Positions 9,497 to 20,564 of a stretch of DNA of 64,000 nt are shown in pieces. The DNA is taken from assembly GCA_044440125.1 (NCBI GenBank), contig JBITAJ010000022.1:32001-96000 (forward strand), in the 5' to 3' direction. This DNA is from Sedimentisphaeraceae bacterium JB056. GTDB taxonomy: Bacteria > Planctomycetota > Phycisphaerae > Sedimentisphaerales > Sedimentisphaeraceae. The stretch's first letter is position 1, and each line of letters opens with the position of its first letter. The notes below the pieces were generated by a model. That model made no database searches, had not been told where the DNA came from, and worked only from the letters and a program-made list of their open reading frames with translations. Both the position numbers and the translations under genes were made by a program.

Positions 9497-10921
9497 ATGG
9501 ATATTACGCCTCTTGATTTAAAACTAAAATACAAAATAGCAGACGAATCATCTGCCGATTTCGGTAAGATGGAAATGCAAATATCAGAAAATGAGATGCC
9601 TGGACTTATGGCCGTAAGAGAAAAATACGGCAACGAAAAACCTTTCAAGGGTTTGAAAATCATGGGTTCTTTACACATGACAATCCAAACAGCAATGCTC
9701 ATTGAAACACTTCAGGTTCTCGGCGCTGACATACGATGGGCATCATGCAACATTTTTTCAACCCAAGACCACGCTGCAGCTGCAGTTGCAATCAAACTTG
9801 GCGTTCCTGTGTTTGCGTGGAAAGGTGAAAGCCTTGAAGAATACTGGTGGTGTACAGAGCAGGCCCTTACATGGCCTGATGGAAGCGGCCCTGATATGAT
9901 AGTTGATGATGGGGGCGATGCTACCATGTTCATTACTCTGGGGGCTAAAGCAGAAAGCAACCCAGCTGTTCTTGCTCAGGCTACTGATAATCCTGAGCTC
10001 AAGATTGTTCAGGCAAGGCTTAAAAAATCACTTGCTGAAAACAATAAAAGATGGACCCAAGTAGTAGACAACCTTAAGGGTGTTTCAGAAGAGACTACAA
10101 CTGGAGTTCACCGACTTTATCAGCTTGCAAGAGACAATGAACTGCCCTTCCCGGCAATTAATGTAAACGACTCTGTAACTAAGAGCAAATTCGATAATCT
10201 TTACGGCTGTCGTGAATCGCTTGCAGATGGCATAAAACGTGCAACCGACGTAATGATTGCAGGCAAGACCGTTGTAGTTGCCGGATTCGGCGATGTAGGC
10301 AAGGGTTGTGCTCAGAGTATGGGAGGATTTGGCGCTCGTGTACTTATAACGGAAATCGATCCCATATGTGCCCTTCAAGCGGTAATGGCTGGCTATCAGG
10401 TAGTAACAATGGATGACGCTGCCTCAATTGGCGATATCTTTGTTACAACAACCGGCTGCTGTGATGTGATCACCGGTAAACACATGAGAATGATGAAGGA
10501 TGAAGCGATTGTATGTAATATCGGACACTTTGACAGCGAGATAGAGATGAGCTATCTTGAGAATAACCCTAATTGCAAGAAGCAAACTGTCAAACCACAG
10601 GTTGATCTCTGGACACTCGAATCGGGTAAGAAGATAATCATACTCGCAGAGGGCAGACTCGTGAATCTTGGCTGTGCAACCGGACATCCGAGCTTTGTCA
10701 TGAGCTGCAGTTTCACAAACCAGGTTTTGGCTCAACTGATGCTTTCAACAGAGAAGCTTGAGAATAAAGTTTATACTTTGCCAAAGAAACTTGATGAGGA
10801 AGTAGCAATGCTTCATCTTGGCCGCTTTGACGCACAAATGACCAAGCTCAATGAAAAGCAAGCCGCTTATCTGGGAATTGATGCCAATGGCCCATTTAAG
10901 CCTGAACATTATAGATATTAG
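9497..10921 (+). CDS. ahcY: Adenosylhomocysteinase
   Basis: [57 protein letters not shown]. Confidence 0.98.
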   Translation: MDITPLDLKLKYKIADESSADFGKMEMQISENEMPGLMAVREKYGNEKPFKGLKIMGSLHMTIQTAMLIETLQVLGADIRWASCNIFSTQDHAAAAVAIKLGVPVFAWKGESLEEYWWCTEQALTWPDGSGPDMIVDDGGDATMFITLGAKAESNPAVLAQATDNPELKIVQARLKKSLAENNKRWTQVVDNLKGVSEETTTGVHRLYQLARDNELPFPAINVNDSVTKSKFDNLYGCRESLADGIKRATDVMIAGKTVVVAGFGDVGKGCAQSMGGFGARVLITEIDPICALQAVMAGYQVVTMDDAASIGDIFVTTTGCCDVITGKHMRMMKDEAIVCNIGHFDSEIEMSYLENNPNCKKQTVKPQVDLWTLESGKKIIILAEGRLVNLGCATGHPSFVMSCSFTNQVLAQLMLSTEKLENKVYTLPKKLDEEVAMLHLGRFDAQMTKLNEKQAAYLGIDANGPFKPEHYRY

Positions 10922-10941
10922 AAAAACCGAAAGGTCTTATT

Positions 10942-11925
10942 ATGATAATAGTAACAGGAGGAGCCGGGTTCATAGGCTCAGCAATAATTGCCGGACTCAA
11001 CAAAGCAGGATTCGACGATATAATTGTTGTTGACGAACTTGGCAGCGATGAAAAATGGAAAAATCTCCGCAGACTTAAATTCGCTGATTATCTGGAAAAA
11101 GAGGACTTCCTCGAACTCGTACTTGATGCCGATGATTGCATTGAAGCTGATGCGGTCATACATATGGGCGCATGTTCAAGTACGACCGAGACTGACTGCT
11201 CATTCCTTATAAACAATAACTATCAGTATACTAAGGAATTGTGCAACTGGTCGCTTGAAAACAATGCTCGTTTTATCTATGCATCAAGTGCCGCAACATA
11301 CGGGGATGGAGATAAGGGATTTGATGACAATATTGATTTGATCGACGAACTTGAACCTCTTAATATGTATGGGTATTCGAAACACATATTTGATAAATGG
11401 GCAATGAAGAGCGGAGCTATCGACCATATAGCCGGCTTAAAGTTTTTCAATGTGTTCGGCCCTAATGAATACCACAAGGCAAATATGATAAGCTTTGTAC
11501 TCAGAGCATATCAGCAGATCAAAGAAACAGGAAAAGTCAAATTGTTCAAATCTCATAGATCAGACTATAAAGACGGTGAACAACTGCGGGATTTTGTTTA
11601 CATAAAAGACGTTGTTGACATGACTCTTTTCTTCCTTGACAATCCAGAGACCAACGGCATCTACAATATAGGAACCGGACAAGCCAGAAGCTGGAATGAC
11701 CTTTCCGCTGCAGTTTTCGAAGCAATGTCAATGGAGCCGAATATAGAGTATATACCAATGCCTGAAATTCTTCAGGGCAAATACCAATATTACACCAAAG
11801 CAGATATTAAAAAACTTAAAAATGCCGGATACGACAAGCCTGTGACAAGTCTTGAAAATGCTGTAACAGACTATGTCCAGAATTATATAGCAAGAAACGA
11901 TTACCTGCATGCAGGTAATTATTGA
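10942..11925 (+). CDS. hldD: ADP-L-glycero-D-manno-heptose 6-epimerase
   Basis: IIVTGGAGFIGS, HMGACSSTTE, YASSAATYG, YGYSK, GKYQYYTKAD. Confidence 0.93.
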   Translation: MIIVTGGAGFIGSAIIAGLNKAGFDDIIVVDELGSDEKWKNLRRLKFADYLEKEDFLELVLDADDCIEADAVIHMGACSSTTETDCSFLINNNYQYTKELCNWSLENNARFIYASSAATYGDGDKGFDDNIDLIDELEPLNMYGYSKHIFDKWAMKSGAIDHIAGLKFFNVFGPNEYHKANMISFVLRAYQQIKETGKVKLFKSHRSDYKDGEQLRDFVYIKDVVDMTLFFLDNPETNGIYNIGTGQARSWNDLSAAVFEAMSMEPNIEYIPMPEILQGKYQYYTKADIKKLKNAGYDKPVTSLENAVTDYVQNYIARNDYLHAGNY

Positions 11926-11942
11926 AATACGGCGGAGGATGT

Positions 11943-12422
11943 ATGACAAAAGAAGAAAAGAAGAAGATCAACGCCGAAAGATATCTGGCACAGCGAGGCT
12001 ATAGCTATGATGAACTTAACCACGAACAAAAGCTAATAATGAACAACTTTGTTCGAGGTAAAGGCATGTTGCTATATAGCCTCATTATGATCCTTCTATC
12101 TTTTTTAGCTCTCGCTTTCACAACCTACAAGGGATTTGAGATAGTCGAAAAAAACACTCGATTCATTAACGCAAAAGATGTAATATTCTATGCTGTAGTA
12201 GCAGAAGATTACGAGAGGATAATTGAGCCGCTTCAGGTAAGAAGTATAGCAGAAAAAGTAATAGAAACATCACTTACTAATGGCGTAAGGCTTGGTACAA
12301 CTTTTTTTCTTATTGCAATAATGATAACTGCAATAATTCAGCAGCGGGATAAACGCAAAACGATAGAAGCTTTTTTCCCGCAAAAAAAGTGTATGCCAAA
12401 CGAAAATCAGGAGGATTCGTGA
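11943..12422 (+). CDS. Hypothetical membrane protein (2 TM)
   Basis: GGAGGA RBS before the ATG at 11943; two hydrophobic segments; fills the operon gap. Confidence 0.65.
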   Translation: MTKEEKKKINAERYLAQRGYSYDELNHEQKLIMNNFVRGKGMLLYSLIMILLSFLALAFTTYKGFEIVEKNTRFINAKDVIFYAVVAEDYERIIEPLQVRSIAEKVIETSLTNGVRLGTTFFLIAIMITAIIQQRDKRKTIEAFFPQKKCMPNENQEDS

Positions 12423-12425
12423 TCA

Positions 12426-13355
12426 GTGAAACAGCGTGCTCCTCAAAATAGAACCATATCACTAACAGACGCCCAGCAGAAAAGGTATAGAAAAAAGCTG
12501 CTAAAGCTTAAAAAGACTGCTGAAGTTAGTGATATAATAAACAAGACGATACAACAGGACGTTTTGGATGCGGCTGATTTTTTGCCGGAAAAGTTTGTTG
12601 ACCTTCTTATAGCGGATCCGCCTTATAATCTCACCAAGAAGTTTAACACACACTCTTTCTCAATGATTCCGCATATAAAATATGTTGAATATATTGACAG
12701 TTGGTTTTCAAAAATAATAAAAGTGCTTAAACCAAATGCTTCTGTCTATATTTGCAGCGATTGGAGATCTTCTGCTGCTGTACAGACCGTACTTTCAAAG
12801 TACCTGACCGTACGCAACAGGATAACATGGGAACGCGAAAAAGGACGCGGTTCACAAAAAAACTGGAAGAATAGTTCTGAAGATATTTGGTTCGCGACAA
12901 TGAGCGATAAATACACTTTTAATATTGACGATGTAAAACTCAATAAACGAGTTATAGCTCCTTATAAGAACAGTGACGGCAGCCCTAAAGACTGGGCGGA
13001 AAGTGAAAAAGGCAAATTCCGCAAAACATGTCCGTCCAATTTATGGACTGATATCACTATACCGTTCTGGTCTATGCCTGAGAACACTGACCACCCTACT
13101 CAAAAACCGGAAAAGCTTCTTGCCAAGCTAATCCTTGCAAGCTCTAACGAAAATGATGTCGTATTAGATCCTTTCTTAGGAAGTGGAACAACAAGCGTTA
13201 CCGCCAAAAAACTGGGAAGAAAATATGTTGGAGTTGAAATCGATGAAACGTATTGCTGTCTCGCCGAAAAAAGGTTAGAACTAACGGATGAAAACGACAG
13301 TATACAGGGGTACATTAACGGTGAATTCTACGAAAGAAATTCAGTAAAGAAATAA
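12426..13355 (+). CDS. Site-specific DNA methyltransferase (N6/N4, beta class), orphan
   Basis: DPPY, HPTQKP, VLDPFLGSGTT in beta-class order. Confidence 0.9.
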   Translation: MKQRAPQNRTISLTDAQQKRYRKKLLKLKKTAEVSDIINKTIQQDVLDAADFLPEKFVDLLIADPPYNLTKKFNTHSFSMIPHIKYVEYIDSWFSKIIKVLKPNASVYICSDWRSSAAVQTVLSKYLTVRNRITWEREKGRGSQKNWKNSSEDIWFATMSDKYTFNIDDVKLNKRVIAPYKNSDGSPKDWAESEKGKFRKTCPSNLWTDITIPFWSMPENTDHPTQKPEKLLAKLILASSNENDVVLDPFLGSGTTSVTAKKLGRKYVGVEIDETYCCLAEKRLELTDENDSIQGYINGEFYERNSVKK

Positions 13356-13419
13356 ATATTCAAAAAATGAATTTTGATTTTCTTGAAGTATGATTGGATA
13401 CAATAATCAAGGTGAAAAG

Positions 13420-14619
13420 ATGACAAATAATAAAATAGCAAAAGTATCTATAGGAGCCATAGTGCTGCTGCTTGTGATAGCAGGTATAACATTTTACTAC
13501 TGGAAAGCCCATCATGAGCCACCGGCACAACCGTTTCAAATGCCGGCTCCTGCTGTAACTGTCGACAAACCTATAATAAAGACAGTTGACCAATATTATG
13601 ATTTCACCGGCAATGTAGAAGCCGTATCAACAGTAGAAATACGCGCGCGTATTGAAGGCCTGATAGAAGATATAAACTTTACAGATGGAAGCTTTATCGA
13701 AAAAGATCAATTACTTTTCACTATCGAATCTGACCAATACGAAGCAAAAGTAAACGAGGCGAATGCTAAAGTTCTTAGTGCAAAGGCAGAACTCGAAAGT
13801 GCACAGGCCGATCTGGAACGTGTTGAAAAAGCTGTTAAAAGTAATGCTGTCAGCCTTGAAGAGGTTAGCAGAAGAAAAGCACAGAAAAATATAGCACAAG
13901 CGAACCTCGAAGAAGCACAGGCTGCTCTTGAAAATGCAAAAATAGAACTGAACTACACAAAAATTTATTCACCAATAAGTGGGCGAATAAGCAAGAGACT
14001 TATTGACAAGGGTAATTTGGTAGGAGCTGGAGAGTACACGCTGCTTACAACTGTTGTATCCATAGATCCGGTGTACGTAACTTTTGAGATGAGTGAAAAC
14101 GTTCTGGCGGAGTATTTACTTACTAACAACAATGTCAAAAAATGCAATCCAGAAAGCAATATATTTGTAGCAGCGCCTGCCGAAAATAAGTACACACACA
14201 AAGGAGTTGTTGACTATATAGATAATAGAGTAAACAGACAGACAGGTACTATAGAGCTCAGAGCCACTGTAGAAAATAACGATCACATTCTATATCCAGG
14301 CATGTTTACAAGGGTAAGAATGCCTGGCAAATCGATAAAAGATGCTGTGCTTGTAGAAGAATCGGCTATCGGCACTAATCTTGGTGGTAAATATATACTT
14401 GTAGTAGATAAAGACAACATCGTTTCGACAAGGTATGTTGAGCCCGGTCTAAGCTATGAAAATCTCAAAGTTATAAACAGTGGACTTGAACGTGAAGAGA
14501 AATATGTAACAAGAGGTCTGCAAAAAGCTCGCCCTGGTAAACCGATAACTCCAATGCCACCTGCAAAGGATTCCGGGCAAGAGATTTCACAACCTGAAGA
14601 CGAGAACAGGAGCAACTGA
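13420..14619 (+). CDS. RND efflux periplasmic adaptor (MFP)
   Basis: VEIRARIEG, helical hairpin, YTKIYSPISG, TGTI, LYPGMF; N-terminal TM anchor. Confidence 0.92.
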   Translation: MTNNKIAKVSIGAIVLLLVIAGITFYYWKAHHEPPAQPFQMPAPAVTVDKPIIKTVDQYYDFTGNVEAVSTVEIRARIEGLIEDINFTDGSFIEKDQLLFTIESDQYEAKVNEANAKVLSAKAELESAQADLERVEKAVKSNAVSLEEVSRRKAQKNIAQANLEEAQAALENAKIELNYTKIYSPISGRISKRLIDKGNLVGAGEYTLLTTVVSIDPVYVTFEMSENVLAEYLLTNNNVKKCNPESNIFVAAPAENKYTHKGVVDYIDNRVNRQTGTIELRATVENNDHILYPGMFTRVRMPGKSIKDAVLVEESAIGTNLGGKYILVVDKDNIVSTRYVEPGLSYENLKVINSGLEREEKYVTRGLQKARPGKPITPMPPAKDSGQEISQPEDENRSN

Positions 14620-14621
14620 TA

Positions 14622-17600
14622 ATGTTCACAAGTTTCTTTGTAAACAGACCTATTTTCGCAAGCGTAATATCGATATTTATCGTTATAGTTGGTGTTATTT
14701 CCATACCACAGCTTCCAGTTGAACAAACTCCTGACATAACGCCGCCTACAATATCCGTCAGTGCCCAGTATCCCGGTGCAAGCGCCTCTACGATAGCAGA
14801 AACAGTTGCCACACCTCTTGAAGAGGAAATAAACGGTATACAGGATGTTCTGTATATATCAAGTAAATCCAATAGTGACGGCACGCTTGGCATCACTGTT
14901 ACTTTTGATATCGGCGTTGACACAGACATGGCAACAGTTCTTGTGCAGAACAAAGTGGCTGTTGCAGAACCAGGCCTTCCCGAGGAAGTTAAAAGATATG
15001 GAATAGTAACGCAGAAACGATCTACAAATATCACACTCTTTGTAAGTCTTATTTCACCAAAAGGTACATTAGATGAAATATATCTGAGTAACTATGCCAA
15101 CCTTTATATAACCGATGCGATAAAACGTGTACCCGGAGTGGGCGATGTTAATGTCTTTGGTGAAAAAGATTTCAGTATGCGAATCTGGCTGGATCCGGAA
15201 AAAATGAAGGCCAGAAACGTGACTACCAATGACGTGATCAATGCTATAAGCAATCAGAACGTAGAAGTTGCTGCCGGCATCGTAGGTGCCCCGCCATCGC
15301 CTAAAGGACAACAATTCCAATATACAATCAATACCAAAGGCAGACTTTCCGATGCTAAGGAATTTGAAGATATAATTGTCAAGGTTACCCCAGAAGGTGA
15401 CACTCTATATGTCAGAGACATAGCTCGTATAGAACTTGGATCAGCGGTATATAATTCATCAGCAACACTTAACGGTTCACCAACTATTGCGATTGGTATT
15501 TACCAGCTTCCAGGTGCCAATGCTCTTGAAGTAGCAGACGGCATACGAAAGGTACTTCGTGAACTTGAAGACGGTTTCCCTGAAGATATGGAATATACCA
15601 TTCCATACGACCCAACCCTTTTTATATCTGCTTCTGTTAAAGAGGTTCTAACCAATCTCTTTATCACAGTATTTTTGGTTATACTTACAGTCTATGTATT
15701 CTTACAGGATTTCAGAACAACTCTAATCCCTGCTGTTACGATTCCGGTATCGTTAATAGGTACGTTTGCAGTTATGCTTGTATTAGGTATTTCGATTAAC
15801 ACTATCACACTGTTTGGACTGCTTCTGGCAATTGGAGTGGTGGTTGATGATTCGATAGTTGTTGTGGAAAATACAATGCGTATAATCGATGAGGAAAAAC
15901 TTTCCGCCAAAGCTGCAGCACGTAAAAGCATGCGGCAGATAACGGCTCCATGTATAGCAACAACTCTTGTTCTGCTTGCAGTGTTTGTGCCAACAGGAAT
16001 GATATCAGGAATATCAGGAAGGCTTTACAATCAGTTTGCTATAACGATATCAGCCGCAACAGTGTTTTCGTCGATAAATGCGTTGACCTTGAGTCCCGCA
16101 TTATGCGGCATTCTTCTTCGCCCCACGAAAACAAGACATGGCCTATTCTTTAGAATGTTCAACAAGCTTGTAGGAAACGCGACAAATGGCTATGTGTCAA
16201 TTGTCAGTAGAACCACAAGAAAATTCAGCTTGATGCTTGCCATTTATGCAATATTCGGCTTTGGAACATTAGTTTGCTTCAAATCAACACCATCAGGTTT
16301 TATACCAGACGAAGATCAGGGATTTGTGTTTATTAATATAGAACTGCCTGATGCTGCAACTCTTGAACGTACAGATGAAGTAAAGCGGCAAGTTGAAGCT
16401 ATGATTAAACAGATACCGGAAGTCAAAAATGTGGTAGCCATAGGAGGTTACTCTCTAATAAACGGTATCTCAACTACCAACGCTGCAGCGATGTTCGTTG
16501 AGCTGATTCCATGGGATCAGCGGCAAGGCCCTGAACACCATGTAAACAGCATTGTAGGACGCATGTACGGAATCTTTACGCAAATACCTGACGCTGTCAT
16601 ACTGGCTTTCATACCGCCTCCAGTGAGCGGTTTAGGTGTATCCGGCGGTTTTGAAATGCAACTGCAAGACAGAGAAAATGCCGGTTTATTAACTCTGCAG
16701 GATTATGCCAACAGAATAGTAGATGAGTCAGAAAAAAGCCCTGTTGTAAGCAGGCTCAACAGCGCCCTTAGAGCAGACTTCCCGCAACTTGAACTCATTG
16801 TTGACAGAGAAAAAACAATGAAACTTGGAGTCAATGTACTCGAAGTCTTTCAGACGCTCCAAACATACCTTGGGTCAAGCTATGTAAATGACTTCAATCT
16901 TTTTGGAAGAGTATTCCAGGTAAAAGTACAGGCTGATGCCCAATTCAGAGACAAAATAGGCGACATAAAAAAACTTGAAGTAAGAAACGATAAAGGGAAT
17001 ATGATACCTTTATCTACATTTGTAAAGATAAAGGAAGTCTCCGGACCGCAGACAATATCACATTTCAATCTTTATTCAAGTACTCAGATAACAGGCCAGC
17101 CCACTGAAGGATACAGTACAGGACAGGCCATATCAGAGATGGAAAAAATAATAAAGGAAATAACTCCAAGCAGCATTGGGGTCGACTATTCCGGCGTAAC
17201 CTATCAGGAGTTAAAAGCCGGCAATACTGCACCATTCATATTCGGCATGGCCGTTCTGTTTGTAGTGCTGTTCCTTGCCGCACAGTATGAAAGTTGGACA
17301 ATACCTTTTGCTATCGTGTTCACCATACCCGTGGCCATCTTAGGGGGTATAGGACTCACTTTCCTGAACAAGCTTGACAATAATGTATATACCCAAATAG
17401 GATTTGTACTTTTGGTCGCTCTTGCAAGCAAGAATGCAATCCTTCTTGTTGAATTTGCAAAACAGCTTCACGAAGAAGAAGGAATGAGCATATTTGATGC
17501 TGCGGTTTTCGCTGCCCGTCAGAGATTCAGGCCGATACAGATGACCGCTTTCACTTTTATTCTCGGTGCCTTACCGCTTCTATTTGCAAGTGGTGCTGGT

Positions 17601-17798
17601 GCGGCAAGCAGAAAAGCCCTTGGTACTGTTGTGTTCGGTGGTATGGTAATGGGAAGTATGGTTGGCATATTCTTTATACCGGCATTCTATGTAATGCTTC
17701 AGACATTAGCTGAAAAGTTCAGTAAAAAAGGAGCAGACAAAGAAAATCCGACAGAAACTGTTAAACTACCGGAAGAAACTACACCAGAACAGGACTGA
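14622..17798 (+). CDS. RND efflux permease (HAE1/AcrB family)
   Basis: FFVNRPIFA, LPVEQ.P, AIGVVVDDSIVVVEN, KNAILLVEFA, RFRPIQMT; 1058 aa. Confidence 0.95.
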   Translation: MFTSFFVNRPIFASVISIFIVIVGVISIPQLPVEQTPDITPPTISVSAQYPGASASTIAETVATPLEEEINGIQDVLYISSKSNSDGTLGITVTFDIGVDTDMATVLVQNKVAVAEPGLPEEVKRYGIVTQKRSTNITLFVSLISPKGTLDEIYLSNYANLYITDAIKRVPGVGDVNVFGEKDFSMRIWLDPEKMKARNVTTNDVINAISNQNVEVAAGIVGAPPSPKGQQFQYTINTKGRLSDAKEFEDIIVKVTPEGDTLYVRDIARIELGSAVYNSSATLNGSPTIAIGIYQLPGANALEVADGIRKVLRELEDGFPEDMEYTIPYDPTLFISASVKEVLTNLFITVFLVILTVYVFLQDFRTTLIPAVTIPVSLIGTFAVMLVLGISINTITLFGLLLAIGVVVDDSIVVVENTMRIIDEEKLSAKAAARKSMRQITAPCIATTLVLLAVFVPTGMISGISGRLYNQFAITISAATVFSSINALTLSPALCGILLRPTKTRHGLFFRMFNKLVGNATNGYVSIVSRTTRKFSLMLAIYAIFGFGTLVCFKSTPSGFIPDEDQGFVFINIELPDAATLERTDEVKRQVEAMIKQIPEVKNVVAIGGYSLINGISTTNAAAMFVELIPWDQRQGPEHHVNSIVGRMYGIFTQIPDAVILAFIPPPVSGLGVSGGFEMQLQDRENAGLLTLQDYANRIVDESEKSPVVSRLNSALRADFPQLELIVDREKTMKLGVNVLEVFQTLQTYLGSSYVNDFNLFGRVFQVKVQADAQFRDKIGDIKKLEVRNDKGNMIPLSTFVKIKEVSGPQTISHFNLYSSTQITGQPTEGYSTGQAISEMEKIIKEITPSSIGVDYSGVTYQELKAGNTAPFIFGMAVLFVVLFLAAQYESWTIPFAIVFTIPVAILGGIGLTFLNKLDNNVYTQIGFVLLVALASKNAILLVEFAKQLHEEEGMSIFDAAVFAARQRFRPIQMTAFTFILGALPLLFASGAGAASRKALGTVVFGGMVMGSMVGIFFIPAFYVMLQTLAEKFSKKGADKENPTETVKLPEETTPEQD

Positions 17799-17808
17799 TA
17801 AGTTTTGA

Positions 17809-19164
17809 ATGGAAAAGAACGATAACGACAGAATTGCATCAGTAAGGGATTTGATAACCAAATTCCCAACAACTCCGGGTCTTTATTTTATGAAAGACCA
17901 TAAGGACAAGGTTCTTTATATAGGTAAGGCAAAGAACTTAAGAAGTCGTGCTTCAAGTTACTTTCAACCCGGAAGTGATATAGCATCAAGCCGTGGACCT
18001 AAGATAGTGGAGATGATATCAAAGGTCCATACTGTTGACTATATAGAAGCTAAAAGTGAGGTTGATGCCGTGCTTAAGGAAGCACGCTTGATAAAAGATA
18101 TACGGCCGCCTTACAATACCGATTTACTTGATGACAAATCTTTTCCGTACCTGCAGATAACAACAGGAGATGATTTTCCGGGAGTATACATTACAAGGAA
18201 TCCAGGACAGAAAAAAAGCAGGCTTTTCGGCCCTTTTACTGCAAGTAGAGATCTCCGAGCAGCACTTGTGTTAATGCAGAAGATATACAAGTTCAGGACA
18301 TGCAGACTTGATATATCTGCCTCAGATCATAAAAGGAGGTTTTTCCGTCCATGTCTTCTGTACAGTATAAAGCAGTGCAGCGGTCCATGTGCTGACAAGA
18401 TAAGTAAAAACCAATATAAGCAAGTAATAACAGATCTCACAAAGTTCTTAAGATCAAAACGCACAGTAGTATTGCGTGACCTTAAAAAGAAAATGCAGCA
18501 GGCTGCAGAGAAACTTGATTATGAAAAGGCAGCCGAGCTTCGCGACAGGGTTAAGCTGATTGAAAGACTCGACCGGAGAGGATCAGTTGAATACAATCAG
18601 CAGCCGGAAGTCTTCGCTGCTGATCCTACAGAAGCAAACGAGAAGCTCGCAACACTGCTTGGAAGCGAGAGTCCAATTAGGACAATAGAGGGCTTTGACA
18701 TAGCACATCTTGGCGGAACAGATACTGTTGGCTCACTTGTTAAATTCATTGACGGTCGCCCATTTAAAGATGGCTACCGCAGGTTCAAGATCAAAACGGT
18801 TAAAGGTATAGATGATTACGCCAGTCTCCAGGAAGTTATAAGAAGACGATACAAGCATGCTGCTGAAGGTGAAGAACTATGGCCGGATATGATTCTCATA
18901 GACGGCGGAATTGGCCAGCTTCATGCTATCGAGCAAGTATTCGCTGAATTTGAAGGCCCCAAACCCTACTTGGCTTCTCTCGCCAAAAAAGATGAAATCA
19001 TCTATATAAGTGGAAAAGAAGGTGAATTCAAGCTGCCCTCCAATTCCCCAGTTCGCAAGTTGTGCCAATACGTTCGTGATGAAGCCCACAGATTTGCGCA
19101 ACACTACCATCACATACTGCGTAGAAAAAGCGTAATTCCTCAAGAGAAGAAAAAAAATGACTGA
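17809..19164 (+). CDS. uvrC: Excinuclease ABC subunit C (short form)
   Basis: GIY-YIG (PGLY..LYIGKAKNLRSR), CLLYSIKQCSGPC, UVR helix, RNase H-like domain (EGFDIAH, LIDGGIGQ, RDEAHRFA). Confidence 0.9.
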   Translation: MEKNDNDRIASVRDLITKFPTTPGLYFMKDHKDKVLYIGKAKNLRSRASSYFQPGSDIASSRGPKIVEMISKVHTVDYIEAKSEVDAVLKEARLIKDIRPPYNTDLLDDKSFPYLQITTGDDFPGVYITRNPGQKKSRLFGPFTASRDLRAALVLMQKIYKFRTCRLDISASDHKRRFFRPCLLYSIKQCSGPCADKISKNQYKQVITDLTKFLRSKRTVVLRDLKKKMQQAAEKLDYEKAAELRDRVKLIERLDRRGSVEYNQQPEVFAADPTEANEKLATLLGSESPIRTIEGFDIAHLGGTDTVGSLVKFIDGRPFKDGYRRFKIKTVKGIDDYASLQEVIRRRYKHAAEGEELWPDMILIDGGIGQLHAIEQVFAEFEGPKPYLASLAKKDEIIYISGKEGEFKLPSNSPVRKLCQYVRDEAHRFAQHYHHILRRKSVIPQEKKKND

Positions 19165-20293
19165 TGTCATTACAAAATCACTATATGTGCATATTCCATT
19201 CTGTAAAGTTAAATGCCCTTACTGCGGCTTTTACTCAAAACCAGTAGGCAGCAAATCTGATACTGGCAAATACATAAATGCAGTGATAAAAGAAATAGAG
19301 TCGCTTGATATAATACCTGACAAAATAAAGACAATATATTTAGGCGGCGGTACCCCTACAATCCTGCCTCTAAATGACCTTTATAAAATGATGGGTTATT
19401 TGTCAGAAAAATTTGTTTTTGTTGAGGAATTCACGATAGAAACAAATCCATCCAATACTTCGCGTATTAACTGGAAAGAATTACGAAATTTTGGCATAAA
19501 CAGGGTCTCAGTAGGTATTCAGTCTCTAATAAACAACGAGCTTAAATATCTGGCAAGACCATATAAAGCCGAAAGCATTCCTGATTACATTGATTCTATC
19601 TTAAGAACTGGCATAGACAATATTGCAGGCGACCTTATATTTGCAATACCGGGAAGTACAATCGAAAATTGGAAATATACTCTTGCCGAAATAGCTAAAC
19701 TGCCTCTGAAACACATATCCGCTTACAGTCTTTCTTTTGACACAGGAACCTATTTCACGAAAATGAAAGAAAGCGGTAAAATCATCGCAGTTGATGACGA
19801 AACTGACAGAGAAATGTACACAACTGCAATTGATCTGCTCAGAGCTGAAGGATTCGAACAATATGAGATATCCAATTTCGCAAAAGATAACTTCAAATGC
19901 AGACACAATTTGACTTATTGGAGAAATGAAGGTTATGTAGGCGCAGGTGCTTCTGCCGGCTCTTTTCACAACATGATAAGAAGCGAGAATATCCCGAATG
20001 TCGAGTCTTATATAAATCACATAGAAAACAACACTTCACATAAAACATACGAGAACAAGATAAACGCACTCAGCTATGCCAGCGAAACAGCAATACTTCA
20101 ATTAAGAACAAACTGCGGCGTGGATATTGATGATTTCAAAGCCAAAACAGGATTTGACATTCTTGAAATGTTCAATGGCGAAATTTCTGCAAATGTAGAA
20201 AAAAAACTGTTACAAATCAAAAACGGCTCGCTCAGCCTAACCCCCAACGCATACCCTATAGCCGACAGTGTTTTATGCGATTTTGCAAGATAA
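19157..20293 (+). CDS. hemW: Radical SAM heme chaperone HemW (HemN-like)
   Basis: LYVHIPFCKVKCPYCGF, YLGGGTP, YEISNFA, HNLTYW. Confidence 0.88.
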   Translation: MTDVITKSLYVHIPFCKVKCPYCGFYSKPVGSKSDTGKYINAVIKEIESLDIIPDKIKTIYLGGGTPTILPLNDLYKMMGYLSEKFVFVEEFTIETNPSNTSRINWKELRNFGINRVSVGIQSLINNELKYLARPYKAESIPDYIDSILRTGIDNIAGDLIFAIPGSTIENWKYTLAEIAKLPLKHISAYSLSFDTGTYFTKMKESGKIIAVDDETDREMYTTAIDLLRAEGFEQYEISNFAKDNFKCRHNLTYWRNEGYVGAGASAGSFHNMIRSENIPNVESYINHIENNTSHKTYENKINALSYASETAILQLRTNCGVDIDDFKAKTGFDILEMFNGEISANVEKKLLQIKNGSLSLTPNAYPIADSVLCDFAR

Positions 20294-20564
20294 GGCGCTC
20301 AAATTAAAAATATCTAATTAGATTGAAAAGATATTTATTTTTACTAAAAGTCTAAAAATCGCTAAAACAACCTATTTCACGACAAAAGTGCTAAAAAAAT
20401 ATACAAAAATGCTAAAATAGTCTTTGTAATGTGGTCGCTTTATAATATAATCACATGCAATATTACTTCTTATTAAGAGAAATTAATAAGCATTTTCAGT
20501 TATTTTAGTCTAAATCAGATAGAAAGTTTAAACTCCACAAAGCATAATTGTATCGGATGCCAAA

